From NCBI GenBank assembly GCA_964348795.1, contig CAYGDY010000005.1, forward strand, positions 12,027 to 76,026: a stretch of 64,000 bases of DNA, given 5' to 3'. The stretch's first letter is position 1. Every line of letters starts with the position of its first letter. Both the position numbers and the translations under genes were made by a program. The DNA is from an uncultured Pseudobdellovibrionaceae bacterium. GTDB lineage: Bacteria; Pseudomonadota; Alphaproteobacteria; Micavibrionales; Micavibrionaceae. Below the pieces are notes generated by a model. That model had not been told where the DNA came from. It worked only from the letters and a program-made list of their open reading frames with translations, and ran no database searches. Positions 19,139-29,302 of the stretch are shown piece by piece.

Positions 19139-20626
19139 TCACGCCGCCTTTTTTAAAAGTGTCTGGGGTATGGCTTTGAAATCAGCCGCAATCTCGAGGG
19201 AACGTCCGATGTTAAAGACCGTTTGCTCGTCCCATGCCTTACCTAAAATCTGCAAACCCAAAGGCAGGCCCCGCGCATCCAGCCCTGCAGGGACCGACAT
19301 GGCCGGAATGCCTGCCAGATTGGCCGTGACGGTAAAGACGTCGTTCAGGTACATCTTGATTGGGTCATCTTCATTTTCACCGATGGCAAAGGCGCCGGAC
19401 GGCGCGGTCGGTGTCAAAATCGCATCGCAGGTCTCGAAGGCTTTTTCAAAATCCTGCAGGATCAACCGGCGGACCTTTTGCGCCTTGATATAGTACGCAT
19501 CGTAATAGCCGGCGGACAACACATAGGTGCCGATCAGAATCCGGCGTTTGACTTCCTCCCCGAACCCTTCGGCGCGGGTTTTGGTGTACATGTCATTGAG
19601 TGTGCCTTCGGCCTTGCTCCGGTGCCCATAGCGCACCCCGTCATAGCGGGCGAGGTTGGAGGAGGCCTCTGCCGGCGCAATGATGTAATAGGTCGGCAAG
19701 GCATATTTCGTATGGGGCAGGGAGATGTCTACGATCTCGGCTCCGGCCTCTTTCAACCAGCGGATGCCGTTTTGCCAGAGGGTTTCAATCTCGGCAGGGA
19801 TGCCCTCCAGCCGGTATTCCTTCGGAATGCCGATTTTGAGGCCCTTGATGTCACCGGTGAGGGCTTTGGCAAAATCAGGGACGGGGAGGTTGGCGGATGT
19901 GCTGTCCATCGGGTCATGCCCGCTCATGGATTGAAGCAGGAGCGCACAATCTTCCACCGTACGGGCAATCGGGCCCGGATGGTCGAGGGAGGACGCGTAG
20001 GCAATCACGCCCCAGCGCGAACAGCGCCCATAGGTGGGTTTGATCCCCGCAAGGCCGCAGAAGGACGCAGGTTGGCGGATGGAGCCGCCCGTGTCGGTGG
20101 CTGTGGCCCCCATGGCAATGCGGGCAGACACTGCAGAGGCTGAACCGCCGGAGGAGCCGCCCGGGACGAGATCCTTGCCATCGCTGGCGTGCCAAGGGTT
20201 GATGACATTGCCGAATGCGCTGGTGGTGTTGGAGGAGCCCATGGCAAACTGGTCCAGATTGGCCTTGCCCAGCATCACCGCGCCGTCATCGAACAGTTTG
20301 CGGGTAACGGTGGATTCATAGCGCGGGATAAAGCCCCGCAAAATGTTGCTGGCGGCGGTGGTTTGCACGCCGTCCGTGCAGAACAGATCCTTGATGGCCA
20401 GTGGAATGCCGTCCAGCAGGCCGGTTTGCGCGCCCTTGGCTCTGCGGGTGTCGCTGTCTTGCGCTTGTTTGATGGCAATCTCCGGTGTTTCCACAATATA
20501 GGCGTTGAGAGCCCGTGCCTTTTCCATGGCGGACAGGTGATCTTGCGTGAGCTCTACGGCAGAGAATTGTTTTTTCTCCAGTCCGGTAAGGGCTTCGGCG
20601 ATTGTCAGGTGTGTCAGTGTGCTCAT
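19139..20626 (-). CDS. gatA: Asp-tRNA(Asn)/Glu-tRNA(Gln) amidotransferase subunit A
   Basis: 495 aa. Amidase signature [11 protein letters not shown]. Confidence 0.97.
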   Translation of the reverse strand: MSTLTHLTIAEALTGLEKKQFSAVELTQDHLSAMEKARALNAYIVETPEIAIKQAQDSDTRRAKGAQTGLLDGIPLAIKDLFCTDGVQTTAASNILRGFIPRYESTVTRKLFDDGAVMLGKANLDQFAMGSSNTTSAFGNVINPWHASDGKDLVPGGSSGGSASAVSARIAMGATATDTGGSIRQPASFCGLAGIKPTYGRCSRWGVIAYASSLDHPGPIARTVEDCALLLQSMSGHDPMDSTSANLPVPDFAKALTGDIKGLKIGIPKEYRLEGIPAEIETLWQNGIRWLKEAGAEIVDISLPHTKYALPTYYIIAPAEASSNLARYDGVRYGHRSKAEGTLNDMYTKTRAEGFGEEVKRRILIGTYVLSAGYYDAYYIKAQKVRRLILQDFEKAFETCDAILTPTAPSGAFAIGENEDDPIKMYLNDVFTVTANLAGIPAMSVPAGLDARGLPLGLQILGKAWDEQTVFNIGRSLEIAADFKAIPQTLLKKAA

Positions 20627-20919
20627 TCTGCCTGCTCCACGATTTTAGGGACCACGAAAAATCCTTGGGTGTGTTCGGGCGCATTGGCCAGCACTTTGTC
20701 CTGACAGGCGCCGTCTGTGATCGCATCGGTGCGCAGGATAAGCGGCATCTGGATAACATTGGCCAAAGGCTCCACGCCATCCGTGTTGACTTCGGCCAGT
20801 TGTTCGATCCAGTTCAAGATACCGCCAACCTGAGGGGTTGCACGGTCCAGCGCGGCCTCGCTCATCTCCAGATAGGCCAGATGGGCAATTTTCCGGACTG
20901 TTTCCTTGGGGAGGGACAT
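20623..20919 (-). CDS. gatC: Asp-tRNA(Asn)/Glu-tRNA(Gln) amidotransferase subunit C
   Basis: 98 aa ([21 protein letters not shown]...). 4-nt overlap with the gatA start. Confidence 0.9.
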   Translation of the reverse strand: MSLPKETVRKIAHLAYLEMSEAALDRATPQVGGILNWIEQLAEVNTDGVEPLANVIQMPLILRTDAITDGACQDKVLANAPEHTQGFFVVPKIVEQAE

Positions 20920-20998
20920 TTTATGGTGTCTTTCTTGTGTAGGTGTTATCTTGCATCGGTGTTATATAGTCGCTCTATAAGAAAAATAGTTCTCAATC

Positions 20999-21127
20999 GT
21001 CACCCCCGCCGCTTGCCGCATGCAAGCTGAAAGTGCGGGGGGGCCAGTAATGTGAGCCGTTTACGGCTCTCTTTTTTCTGGATCCCGTGCGTGCGAATTT
21101 TGCTTCGCAAAATGCCCACGGGATGAC
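20999..21127. repeat. MITE-like palindromic element, family B (full length)
   Basis: gtcacccccgccgcttgccgcatgcaagc...gcggggggg...gagccgtttacggctctctttttt ctggatcccgtg...cacgggatgac. Confidence 0.85.
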
Positions 21128-21188
21128 AGGTCAGGGGGCAGGTTTTATTCTTTAAACGACTATTCAATATAGTTTTTAGCATTATAGG

Positions 21189-21692
21189 ATGAGGATGCCA
21201 ACAGGATTATTGCAAGATATTCAAGGTTTCTGCCCCAAAGAAGGCCGGTTGATGGGACTGGATGTCGGGACAAAGACGATTGGGCTGGCGCTCTCCGATC
21301 CTGCGCGGGCCTATGCCATGCCGCTCCAGACGATAGAGCGGGTCAAGTTTACTAAGGATATGGCCGCTTTAACCATAATCGTAAAGGAATATGAGGTCAC
21401 CGGTTTTGTTGTAGGCTATCCCTTGAATATGGATGGCAGTAGTGGGCGACGGGCCCAATCGGTACGGGATTTTGTAGCGGAGATGGTCAGGATTCCCGAG
21501 GTTGTGGGCCCCGCGCCATGGGTGGCGCTGTGGGATGAACGGTTATCCACAGTTTCAGTGGAAAACCTTGTGGATGAACTGGTGGAAAAACGAAAAACAC
21601 GTGTTAATGCAAAAGCTTCTGGCTTGATTGATAAACTGGCGGCGCAGGTGATCTTGAACGGCGCGCTGGGGTATTTGAATGGAAGGCCATAA
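21189..21692 (+). CDS. ruvX: Holliday junction resolvase RuvX (YqgF)
   Basis: LMGLDVGTKTIGLALSD N-terminal RNase H-like motif. 167 aa. Confidence 0.85.
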   Translation: MRMPTGLLQDIQGFCPKEGRLMGLDVGTKTIGLALSDPARAYAMPLQTIERVKFTKDMAALTIIVKEYEVTGFVVGYPLNMDGSSGRRAQSVRDFVAEMVRIPEVVGPAPWVALWDERLSTVSVENLVDELVEKRKTRVNAKASGLIDKLAAQVILNGALGYLNGRP

Positions 21693-21731
21693 ATATTGAC
21701 ATAGTGCATTTTTTTCCGTATAAGAAAAAAT

Positions 21732-22469
21732 ATGTCCGGTGTACCAAATGAAGAGATCCGTGCCCTCGAAGGGATTTTTGAGGCTGAAATCGAGGCCGCC
21801 TCCTTTGTGATGGAAGGGGAGGTGGGCTTGTCTGTGCTTTTCGCGCAGGAAAGTTGTGTGGATGCTATTTTCATAGATGAGAGGCACAAAAAAGCGCTGA
21901 TTGCAAAAACCCATGCGCTTTCTTTCTTGTCCTTGTGCAGAGCCTTTTCACGCAAGGCTGTCGGACAATTTGACATGGTCAATCGTGGTAGGACGCTTGA
22001 TAATTGCCTGATGCAAGATCCGTTTCACAGGGATGAATTTTCGTTCGGTGCAAGACATGTCTCCATGCTGTGCAAGCCGTTTGTAGGGGCCTCGCGTTCC
22101 ACGCCCACATGCTACGCTAAAACAAGCGCCGTGCGCTCTGCGATTCAAAATCTCGCTGTGCCGGAAGGGTTGCCGGTGCATGTGACAGTGGCTGTTGATA
22201 AAATGCGGGAAAACTCTTATGGCTTTTCCCTGACATCGGGGGTCGATGCGCTCCCCAGAAATACCCTGAGAACTGCATATCCTGATTTTATGTCTCATGT
22301 GTTGGCTCTTATTCCGGAAGGCAAAAAATATGCCCAGACGTGGGGCGCCTCTGACAACACACTTGTGGTGCATTCCAATTTGCCGGAAGATATTGTGCAT
22401 GGTCGCCCCAAGGGCGGGGAGTTTGCAAAGGAAGTGGATGTGCTGGTTGCCTGTGATATCCGGCTTTAG
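21732..22469 (+). CDS. hypothetical protein (orphan)
   Basis: 245-aa ORF filling the gap between ruvX and the next gene. No motif recognised. The competing antisense ORF 21948..22757 looks less protein-like. Confidence 0.4.
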   Translation: MSGVPNEEIRALEGIFEAEIEAASFVMEGEVGLSVLFAQESCVDAIFIDERHKKALIAKTHALSFLSLCRAFSRKAVGQFDMVNRGRTLDNCLMQDPFHRDEFSFGARHVSMLCKPFVGASRSTPTCYAKTSAVRSAIQNLAVPEGLPVHVTVAVDKMRENSYGFSLTSGVDALPRNTLRTAYPDFMSHVLALIPEGKKYAQTWGASDNTLVVHSNLPEDIVHGRPKGGEFAKEVDVLVACDIRL

Positions 22470-22470
22470 G

Positions 22471-22518
22471 GTCGTTTGAAAGTGTGAATTTTTCTTCGCA
22501 AAAGACCAACGGGATGAC
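22471..22518. repeat. Family B element, right-half fragment
   Basis: ...tttttcttcgcaaaagaccaacgggatgac matches the right arm at 14030-14057. Confidence 0.6.
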
Positions 22519-22525
22519 GGAAGAC

Positions 22526-23248
22526 CTAACGCTCCGCGCCGAATCGCATGAGCTCGTGTCCGTGATTTTGCATCCAGAACTGGCCTTCGAGAAAGTCTTC
22601 GGACAGTTTCCGGCACAGCGCCCAGAATTTCGCGGAATGATCCAGATGGCGTAAATGGGCGACCTCGTGGGCGACCACGTAATCCAGCGCCTCGTGCGGG
22701 GCAAAAACCAGCCGCCACGAATAGGAAATATTGCCTTCCGAGTTGCAGGACCCCCAACGGCTTTTGGTATCGCGGACGGAGACATTCTGCAACGGCTCGC
22801 GGATACGGCGGGCTTTCTCGCGGGACAGCTTTTCCAGCTCGCCCAGCACAAGGCGCTTCAGGAAGCGCTCGATCCGGCTGGAGGGGTCCTTTTGATTGGT
22901 CAAAACTTGTAATTTCGTGAGTTTGAGCTCTATTTCCGTGGTCTTGCGGGACGGATCATAGATAATCTCGATCCGGCGGTTGCGGCCAAAAATGGGCAGA
23001 ACGGTCCCGTCTTCATAAGGGATGGCCTCGGGGAGTTTGCGCAGGTTGTCCAGCATCCAGTCGTCATGCTCTTCGGCAAAACGGTAGGCACGGGTGAGGG
23101 AGGTACCACGGGGCAAGATCAGGTGAAAGGCGCGGTCCTTGGGATCAAAGCGCAGAGCCATACGGCGCGCACGGGCACTCCGTTTGACCTGAATGTGGTC
23201 TGGAAACTCGACAGTCTCCGGCTCTTTCAGAATCATGCGTTTTAGCAT
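22526..23248 (-). CDS. YgjP-like metallopeptidase (DUF45 / M48 family)
   Basis: Start taken at MLKRMILKEP (ATG 23248). Zn motif HEVAHLRHLDHSAKFW near the C-terminus. Confidence 0.8.
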   Translation of the reverse strand: MLKRMILKEPETVEFPDHIQVKRSARARRMALRFDPKDRAFHLILPRGTSLTRAYRFAEEHDDWMLDNLRKLPEAIPYEDGTVLPIFGRNRRIEIIYDPSRKTTEIELKLTKLQVLTNQKDPSSRIERFLKRLVLGELEKLSREKARRIREPLQNVSVRDTKSRWGSCNSEGNISYSWRLVFAPHEALDYVVAHEVAHLRHLDHSAKFWALCRKLSEDFLEGQFWMQNHGHELMRFGAER

Positions 23249-23366
23249 CAACCTGCACCTGTCCCCAAAAGTTGTATGTGTGTGTGACGTGAGTAAACTC
23301 CATTTCAAAAGGTTTTGCAAGCCCCTGTTTTATTGTATTATGAAAAAACAAGGGAAATCAACAGTT

Positions 23367-24749
23367 TTAATCGGCATTTTCCCGATGGCTTTCCATCCGG
23401 TTTTCCTTGATCCATCGGCGGATCGCGGCAATGCCGTGCCTGTCCCGATTATATTTTTCAGTGGCGATATCGGGGATGGACAAGAGGTCCTTTTCGGGGA
23501 CGGGGTCCTTGTCCGGATCAAAATGCCTTATAAAGTGCCGGATACGGGGCATGATTTCCTCCCGCCAGCGCCGGCCGTTGAAGATCCCGTAATGCCCGCA
23601 TTCCAGCTGGAAATGGTGATATTGCTTGCGTTGGGGCAGGGAATGGCAGATTTCATGCGCCGCTGTGGTCTGGCCACGGGCGGAAATGTCATCCAGCTCC
23701 CCCTCGATGGTGAGAAGGGCGGTGTGCTCGATATCTTGCGGACGGACATCCATCAGGTGACCGGTCAGGGAATCACGCCATTTCATGCGCCCCCGTGGCA
23801 AAAGCTGGCGCATGAAGACCGTTTCGATGGTCTGGAGGTAGAATTCTGCCGGAATATCCATGACAGAGAGATATTCATTGTAAAATTTCCTGTGCCCTTC
23901 GGCGCTTTCACCATCCCCTTGTATGAGGTGTGTGTAAAATTTCATGTAGGAGCCGACATGCCGGTCCAGATTCATGGACATAAAGCCTGTGAGCTGGAGA
24001 AAGCCCGGGTAGACCCGCCGGAACGCGCCCGGGTAGTAAAAGGGTACGTCATAGACCACGCTTTTTTCAAACCATTTGAGGGGGCGGGTCTCGGCCAGCT
24101 CTGTCACGGTCGTTTTGGAAATACGGGTATCCACCGGCCCGCCCATGAGGGTCATGGTCAAGGGCTGGTTCGGGTCGTTGTCCGTGGCCATCAGGGATAC
24201 GGCGGCCAGCACAGGGACTGTCGGCTGGCACACGGCAATCACGTGCGTTTCCGGCCCTAGAAGGCTCATGAAATCGCGTAAATAGGAAATATAGGTGTCC
24301 AGATTGAACATTTCATCTTGCAAAGGCACTTGCCGCGCATCTTCCCAATCGGTGATATAGACATCGTGGTGGGGCAAAAGGGCCTCCACCGTGCCACGGA
24401 GCAAGGTGGCGTAGTGGCCCGACATGGGCGCCACCAGAAGGATTTTAGGGTCATTGCGCTTGGTTTTACGGTGAAAATTGAGCAGGCTACAAAAAGGTTT
24501 TTGCACGATGACCTCTTCCAGCACATCCACCTTTTTTCCATTGATCATGGTCTCGGACAGGCCAAACTCGGGCCGTCCGAATCGGCGTGTCAAACGCTCC
24601 ATCATTTCCGCATTGGCCGCCATGGAGCGTCCGATCTGCGAATAGGAGAGGGGATTCCAGGGGTTTTGAAACACCGTGCGGGCCAGTTCTGCCTGAAAAC
24701 GAAGAGGGGTCAGGAGGGCATGTTGCATTTCATACAGTTGGTAAAGCAT
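23367..24749 (-). CDS. phaZ: intracellular polyhydroxyalkanoate depolymerase
   Basis: 460 aa. N-terminus MLYQLYEMQHALLTPLR and overall layout resemble the PhaZ/TIGR01849-type family, from memory. Confidence 0.8.
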   Translation of the reverse strand: MLYQLYEMQHALLTPLRFQAELARTVFQNPWNPLSYSQIGRSMAANAEMMERLTRRFGRPEFGLSETMINGKKVDVLEEVIVQKPFCSLLNFHRKTKRNDPKILLVAPMSGHYATLLRGTVEALLPHHDVYITDWEDARQVPLQDEMFNLDTYISYLRDFMSLLGPETHVIAVCQPTVPVLAAVSLMATDNDPNQPLTMTLMGGPVDTRISKTTVTELAETRPLKWFEKSVVYDVPFYYPGAFRRVYPGFLQLTGFMSMNLDRHVGSYMKFYTHLIQGDGESAEGHRKFYNEYLSVMDIPAEFYLQTIETVFMRQLLPRGRMKWRDSLTGHLMDVRPQDIEHTALLTIEGELDDISARGQTTAAHEICHSLPQRKQYHHFQLECGHYGIFNGRRWREEIMPRIRHFIRHFDPDKDPVPEKDLLSIPDIATEKYNRDRHGIAAIRRWIKENRMESHRENAD

Positions 24750-24877
24750 GAAGAAAATCCTTGTGGCGGGCGTGTGACCAAGACGGGTTTGTCTTTGTTT
24801 TTATATGAGGGTATCATACAGGAAAAAAAAGGAGTCTGGAATGGATTCTTGTGGGTTATAATTGTGACCGTTCTATC

Positions 24878-24960
24878 GTCATCGCGAGGCTCGGGCAAGA
24901 GCCGTGGCGATCCAGAAAAACTGGATTGCTTCGTCAGCCATGCGGCTTCCTCGCAATGAC
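24878..24960. repeat. MITE-like palindromic element, family A
   Basis: gtcatcgcgaggctcgggcaagagccgtggcgatccag-aaaaa-ctggattgcttcgtcagccatgcggcttcctcgcaatgac. Confidence 0.9.
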
Positions 24961-24962
24961 GG

Positions 24963-26048
24963 ATGAAAGGACAGACAGGGAGAGATGAGTTGACTCAAGA
25001 TGCGTGGTCTAAAATCGCGGATAACGTGCAGACATTGAATATTGGTCTAATGGGGGTGCAATCCCATATCATAGAAGCTGTGATAGCCCTTCTGTTGTCC
25101 TCTGTCGGCGGGCTGTTGATCGGGCCAATCGCGGGACGGGCTGTCCCTTTTTTCTGGATTCTCTGCGATATGCTGTTTGGTGGGCTGGGTGAACGGCTGG
25201 ACAAGCCCAAGCGGCGGGCGCTGGTTCTCGTGGGGCGGGGGATATTCCTGACGGTCCTTGTGCTGGGTTTTTCAGCGCTGGTCGGGGGATTGCTGGAAAC
25301 GCTCTGTGCCCTTGAACCGTTGAAGGGGCTGGCGCCGGTTTTGTTTTTATGTCTGTTTTTCGCAAGCGGGAGCGTGTGGTTCGCGCTCGGGCGTTTATAC
25401 CGTGTCATGGATGAGGGAAATCCCAAGTATAAAGCCAGACAAAAGGGCGGCTATTACGCCATGGCGCGCTCGACACGGATCAATCTGGCGGTAGGGGATG
25501 CGTACGGGATTGCCCGCGCAGGGCTGGGATTTGTCGCCACATCGTTTGACAAGGGGGTGGTCGCGCCGGCCTTTTGGTATATTCTGGGCGGGTTTACTGC
25601 GCTGGGGCTTTATAGCGGCCTGTCTTTTCTGGTCTGGCGCTTTGGCAAGCGGGGGTTTACGAAGGGATTTGGCAGGGTGCCAATTTTTTTAGAGCGCGTG
25701 ATGGGGATCGTGCCATCGTTTTTGTCTGCGCTCTGTCTGATCTGGGCGGCATTGTTTACCCCCACGGCGAAGCTCCATCGGGGGTTTGTGGCGCTGTGGG
25801 GACGGAAAAACCGTGCCCCGTACGAGGAAGGGGGGTGGCCGCTCTCTGCGCTGGCGTGGTCTTTAAGCGTTTCACTGGGCGGCGCGGTGCAGGAGATTAC
25901 AGGGAGCGCCATTCAGGGCGTGTGGGTGGGGCCCGAGAACGCTACCGCCCGTATCGGGCACAGACACCTGCGGCGGGGGCTGTATATCAGTGTGATCGCG
26001 CATTTGCTCTTTTTTGCGCTTCTGCTGGGGTGTTATAAGGGCTTGTAG
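24963..26048 (+). CDS. CobD/CbiB-family-like integral membrane protein (divergent)
   Basis: Multi-TM protein. C-terminal segment EGGWPLSALAWSLSVSLGGAVQ...GVWVGPENATARIGHRHLRRGL resembles the SPNAGWPEAAMAGALGVRLGG...G block of CbiB, without the SPN. The start is uncertain because it abuts a repeat. Confidence 0.45.
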   Translation: MKGQTGRDELTQDAWSKIADNVQTLNIGLMGVQSHIIEAVIALLLSSVGGLLIGPIAGRAVPFFWILCDMLFGGLGERLDKPKRRALVLVGRGIFLTVLVLGFSALVGGLLETLCALEPLKGLAPVLFLCLFFASGSVWFALGRLYRVMDEGNPKYKARQKGGYYAMARSTRINLAVGDAYGIARAGLGFVATSFDKGVVAPAFWYILGGFTALGLYSGLSFLVWRFGKRGFTKGFGRVPIFLERVMGIVPSFLSALCLIWAALFTPTAKLHRGFVALWGRKNRAPYEEGGWPLSALAWSLSVSLGGAVQEITGSAIQGVWVGPENATARIGHRHLRRGLYISVIAHLLFFALLLGCYKGL

Positions 26049-26057
26049 TTTTTTGGC

Positions 26058-26087
26058 TTGACTTTGCCTGTGGAACTGGACTATCTT
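26058..26087 (+). promoter_or_regulatory. sigma-70-like promoter candidate for rpmB
   Basis: TTGACT, 18-nt spacer, TATCTT, about 45 nt upstream of the rpmB ATG. Confidence 0.4.
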
Positions 26088-26133
26088 CCCCCGTCTGATA
26101 ACACATATTTTGATTTTTTAAAGGATAGAGCCG

Positions 26134-26427
26134 ATGAGCCGCCGTTGTATGATCACAGGTAAAGGCGTAATGAGCGGGAACAATGTGTCCCACGCCAATA
26201 ACAGAACGCGCAGACGTTTTCTGCCCAATATTCAAGATACCAGCATTTACAGCGAGGCGCTGAAAATCTGGGTTAAAATCCGCACCAGCACGGCGGGTCT
26301 GCGCACGGTTGAGCATATGGGTGGGTTTGACGCCTTTTTGCTGGCCACGCCCAAGACCAAGCTGGACCCTGATTTGCGCCCCGTGAAGGCGAAGCTGGAA
26401 AAGGCTGTAGGCTCCAAGGCGGCTTAA
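26134..26427 (+). CDS. rpmB: 50S ribosomal protein L28
   Basis: MSRRCMITGKGVMSGNNVSHANNRTRRRFLPNIQ is the canonical L28 N-terminus. 97 aa. Confidence 0.95.
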   Translation: MSRRCMITGKGVMSGNNVSHANNRTRRRFLPNIQDTSIYSEALKIWVKIRTSTAGLRTVEHMGGFDAFLLATPKTKLDPDLRPVKAKLEKAVGSKAA

Positions 26428-26452
26428 TTGCTCGTTTGATCTGTTTTAAAAC

Positions 26453-26479
26453 CCCGCCCCGACAATGGCGGGTTTTTTG
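26453..26479 (+). terminator. rho-independent terminator of rpmB
   Basis: cccgcc-ccgacaat-ggcggg followed by tttttt. Confidence 0.7.
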
Positions 26480-26538
26480 TTGACATATTTTTCAGTGGCA
26501 TGTATTTATGTTTAATTGCAACAGGAGAGGCGCGTACT

Positions 26539-26718
26539 ATGGTAGACAAGATTACAGGCAAATTTGAAGACAATGCCACGGTTGTTGTGCCGGACCAAGA
26601 AACATTGGGGACGATTTCTCAAGTCAAAACTGTTCCCGAGGCGATAAAGTCTGAAGGGAAATACAGCTTGCTGGATAATTTTGGTGATTTTTACGGGATG
26701 AAACTGGATCTGGAGTAA
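26539..26718 (+). CDS. hypothetical small protein
   Basis: 59-aa ORF (MVDKITGKFEDN...) with aggagagg 8 nt upstream of the ATG. No motif recognised. Confidence 0.3.
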   Translation: MVDKITGKFEDNATVVVPDQETLGTISQVKTVPEAIKSEGKYSLLDNFGDFYGMKLDLE

Positions 26719-26741
26719 AGGTTCCACCAAAGGCTTGTAAC

Positions 26742-26811
26742 GAGAGCGGCAAAGCCACTCACCTTGCTGGGCCCCCGCATTATGACACGCTTCGCGTGTG
26801 ACGGGGGTGAC
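26742..26811. repeat. Family B element fragment, rearranged
   Basis: gagagcggcaaagccactc ... gcccccgc ... gacgggggtgac. Same modules as 12150-12259 but in a different order and orientation. Confidence 0.6.
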
Positions 26812-26898
26812 GAGGGAGAAGGGGCCTTGAGTTTGCTTGATGGTTTTTAGGATTTTGAGGATGTACAGCCTGTCCCAAATAAAATGATTCATATTTCC

Positions 26899-26988
26899 GT
26901 CATTGCGAGCGACCATAAGGGCGCGCGGCAATCCAGAGTTTCTTTTTTCTGGATTGCTTCGTCAGCCATACGGCTTCCTCGCAATGAC
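26899..26988. repeat. MITE-like palindromic element, family A
   Basis: gtcattgcgagcgaccataagggcgcgcggcaatccag...ctggattgcttcgtcagccatacggcttcctcgcaatgac. The right half is nearly identical to 24929-24960. Confidence 0.9.
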
Positions 26989-27070
26989 GATTTTATGACC
27001 TAAAGGCTTCTTGCTCGCACTTGAAAAGTTTGCTATGGCATGCTCTAAAGAAAGAAATCCTTGGAATATC

Positions 27071-28261
27071 ATGCCGACCTATCCGCAATTTTCCTTTGAG
27101 ATCCTGCACAAAGACCCTGTCAGCGGGGCGCGGGTCGGGCGGCTCGAAACCCCGCATGGCACCATTGAGACCCCCAATTATATTTTCTGCGGCACGAAAG
27201 CCGCGATCAAGGGCGTGGCCCCCGCCCAGATGCGCGAGGCCCAGACGGACATTATTTTGGCCAATACGTATCATTTGATGCTCCAGCCCGGGGCAGACCT
27301 GATAGAAAAGATGGGTGGCTTGCACAAATTTATGGGCTGGGACGGGCCGATGCTCACCGATAGCGGGGGGTTTCAGGTCTTTTCAATGGGGCATGGCTGG
27401 TGCGCCGATGAAATCAAAGGCCGGAACAAGGATAAGGCGGAGAAGGGCCATAACAGCCTGCTGGAGATCAGGGAGCAGGGATGCACGTTTCGCTCTTACG
27501 TGGACGGGCAGAAAATTACCCTCACCCCCGAAAGCGCCATGGAGATCCAGCGCAAGCTGGGCGCGGATTTGCTGATGCAATTCGATGAATGCACGCCGTA
27601 TCATGTGACAAAGGATTACACGGCCCGCTCGATGGAGATGAGCATGCGCTGGGGGGATCGATGTCTGGCCGAATTTGTGCGGCATGACAACGGTGCGCAG
27701 GCGCTCTATGGGATTATTCAGGGCGGCGTGCATGGAGATTTGCGCCGGATTTCTGCGGAATATACGAAGGACCGCCCATTTTTTGGTACGGCGCTGGGCG
27801 GCTGTCTGGGTGGCACGGACGAGGAAATGGAAACGGTGGTGGCGGAAAGCTTGCCCTATGCGCACCCTGCGCGGCCTGTGCATTTCTTGGGGATCGGGCG
27901 CCTGCGGGATGTCTTCCGCTTTGTCCGGATGGGGGTGGATACGTTTGATTGTGTGATCCCGACGCGTCTGGCACGGCATGGGACGGCTTTCATGCAAGGG
28001 GTGAAGGGCGAAACGGTGAATGTGATGAATGCCCGCTACCGCGAGGATCACACGCCACTGGACGAGAGAAACGGGATTGCGGCCTCCAGCCTCTTTTCCA
28101 AGGCGTATATCCATCACTTGCTGAAGGCGAAGGAACAACTGGCGGTGCAGATTTTGGCCCAGCACAACGTGGCCACGATCAACCGTCTGATGCGCGAGGT
28201 GCGCACTGCGATCAGGGCCGGTACGCTCGATTCCCTTGAGAAAACATGGTGTCCGGTTTGA
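27071..28261 (+). CDS. tgt: queuine tRNA-ribosyltransferase
   Basis: Start taken at MPTYPQFSFEILHKD (ATG 27071). LTDSGGFQVFS catalytic Asp motif. About 396 aa. I did not see a clear CxCxxC...H zinc site. Confidence 0.93.
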   Translation: MPTYPQFSFEILHKDPVSGARVGRLETPHGTIETPNYIFCGTKAAIKGVAPAQMREAQTDIILANTYHLMLQPGADLIEKMGGLHKFMGWDGPMLTDSGGFQVFSMGHGWCADEIKGRNKDKAEKGHNSLLEIREQGCTFRSYVDGQKITLTPESAMEIQRKLGADLLMQFDECTPYHVTKDYTARSMEMSMRWGDRCLAEFVRHDNGAQALYGIIQGGVHGDLRRISAEYTKDRPFFGTALGGCLGGTDEEMETVVAESLPYAHPARPVHFLGIGRLRDVFRFVRMGVDTFDCVIPTRLARHGTAFMQGVKGETVNVMNARYREDHTPLDERNGIAASSLFSKAYIHHLLKAKEQLAVQILAQHNVATINRLMREVRTAIRAGTLDSLEKTWCPV

Positions 28262-28369
28262 GAGATTTTTTCAAAACAGTATCGCGTACCACACATTTTA
28301 CTAGAGAGTTTTATTTTTTCCTTTAGAATGAAAAGACTTTGATCTTTATAGCATGAAATGTGGTGATCC

Positions 28370-29296
28370 ATGTCCGAGAAATATGACTTACAGCAGGAAC
28401 TCTCCAGTCTGAATGATCTTCTGGTGGATTACCACAGCTGGTTTTTCAGCGTTCTGAAGCAGGCTCTTTATCCGGATCAGGCCAGCAGGCGTTTGGTTCT
28501 TTCCATGCCTTCCTTGTTTGTAGAGTCCCTCAAGGGGATGGAGGATGAAGACGGGGCTTTGGATTCCGCAATGGCCAATTCCTTGACACATCTCAAGGAC
28601 ACGCATCATCGCTTGCAGGAGGCCGCGCAGGATATTCTGGCTGAGGTCGAGCGGACGAAACAGCCTTTGGAACAAAAGATTTTCGAGAATTTTTCCGAGT
28701 TGTTCAAAGTCTTTGTCAACGGGATGCAAAAGGCCTGTCAAAATCATATCCTGGAAGAATGGGGGCTGGATATCCTGACCGCTTTGAAAAGCCGGCATGT
28801 GATGATTCAGGAAATTTCTCAGGAGATGGAGCGCGTGGCGCGTCAGGGGCGATCCTTTGCGATAGCGCTGGCCCGCATCGACCATTTCAAGGAAATCGAT
28901 CAGGCTCTGGGCCGTCACGAGGGTGATCGTCTGATCAAGCTGGTGGCCGATTTTATTGGCCGGAGCCTCCGGATTTTCGACACAGCCTATCGTCTGGATC
29001 GGGATCATTTTATCCTGTTGCTCAAGCAATCCGATTTGATGGGCGGGCAAAAGGCGCTGGAGCGCCTGAGAGACCAGCTGGAAAAATCGGAGGAAACCTA
29101 CGTGATAGACGGAGAGGTCCGGCCCCTGACGATGTCGTGTTGTGTGGCCATGCCTGCCGCAGAGGACAATATCCAGTATTTGCTTGAGGATTTGCGCAAG
29201 GATCTGGACACGCAGGTGCGGGAAAAGGGCGCGGTTTTGGCATATTATGAAATGAGTCCTCTCCAGCGTTTTATGAAGACGGGTGGTGAGAATTGA
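28370..29296 (+). CDS. GGDEF-domain protein with degenerate active site
   Basis: C-terminal GGDEF fold (FAIALARIDHFKEIDQALGRHEGDRLIKLVADFI...AYRLDRDHFILLL). The GG(D/E)EF position reads DRDHF (nt 28997-29011). Confidence 0.7.
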   Translation: MSEKYDLQQELSSLNDLLVDYHSWFFSVLKQALYPDQASRRLVLSMPSLFVESLKGMEDEDGALDSAMANSLTHLKDTHHRLQEAAQDILAEVERTKQPLEQKIFENFSELFKVFVNGMQKACQNHILEEWGLDILTALKSRHVMIQEISQEMERVARQGRSFAIALARIDHFKEIDQALGRHEGDRLIKLVADFIGRSLRIFDTAYRLDRDHFILLLKQSDLMGGQKALERLRDQLEKSEETYVIDGEVRPLTMSCCVAMPAAEDNIQYLLEDLRKDLDTQVREKGAVLAYYEMSPLQRFMKTGGEN

Positions 29297-29302
29297 TTTT
29301 TT

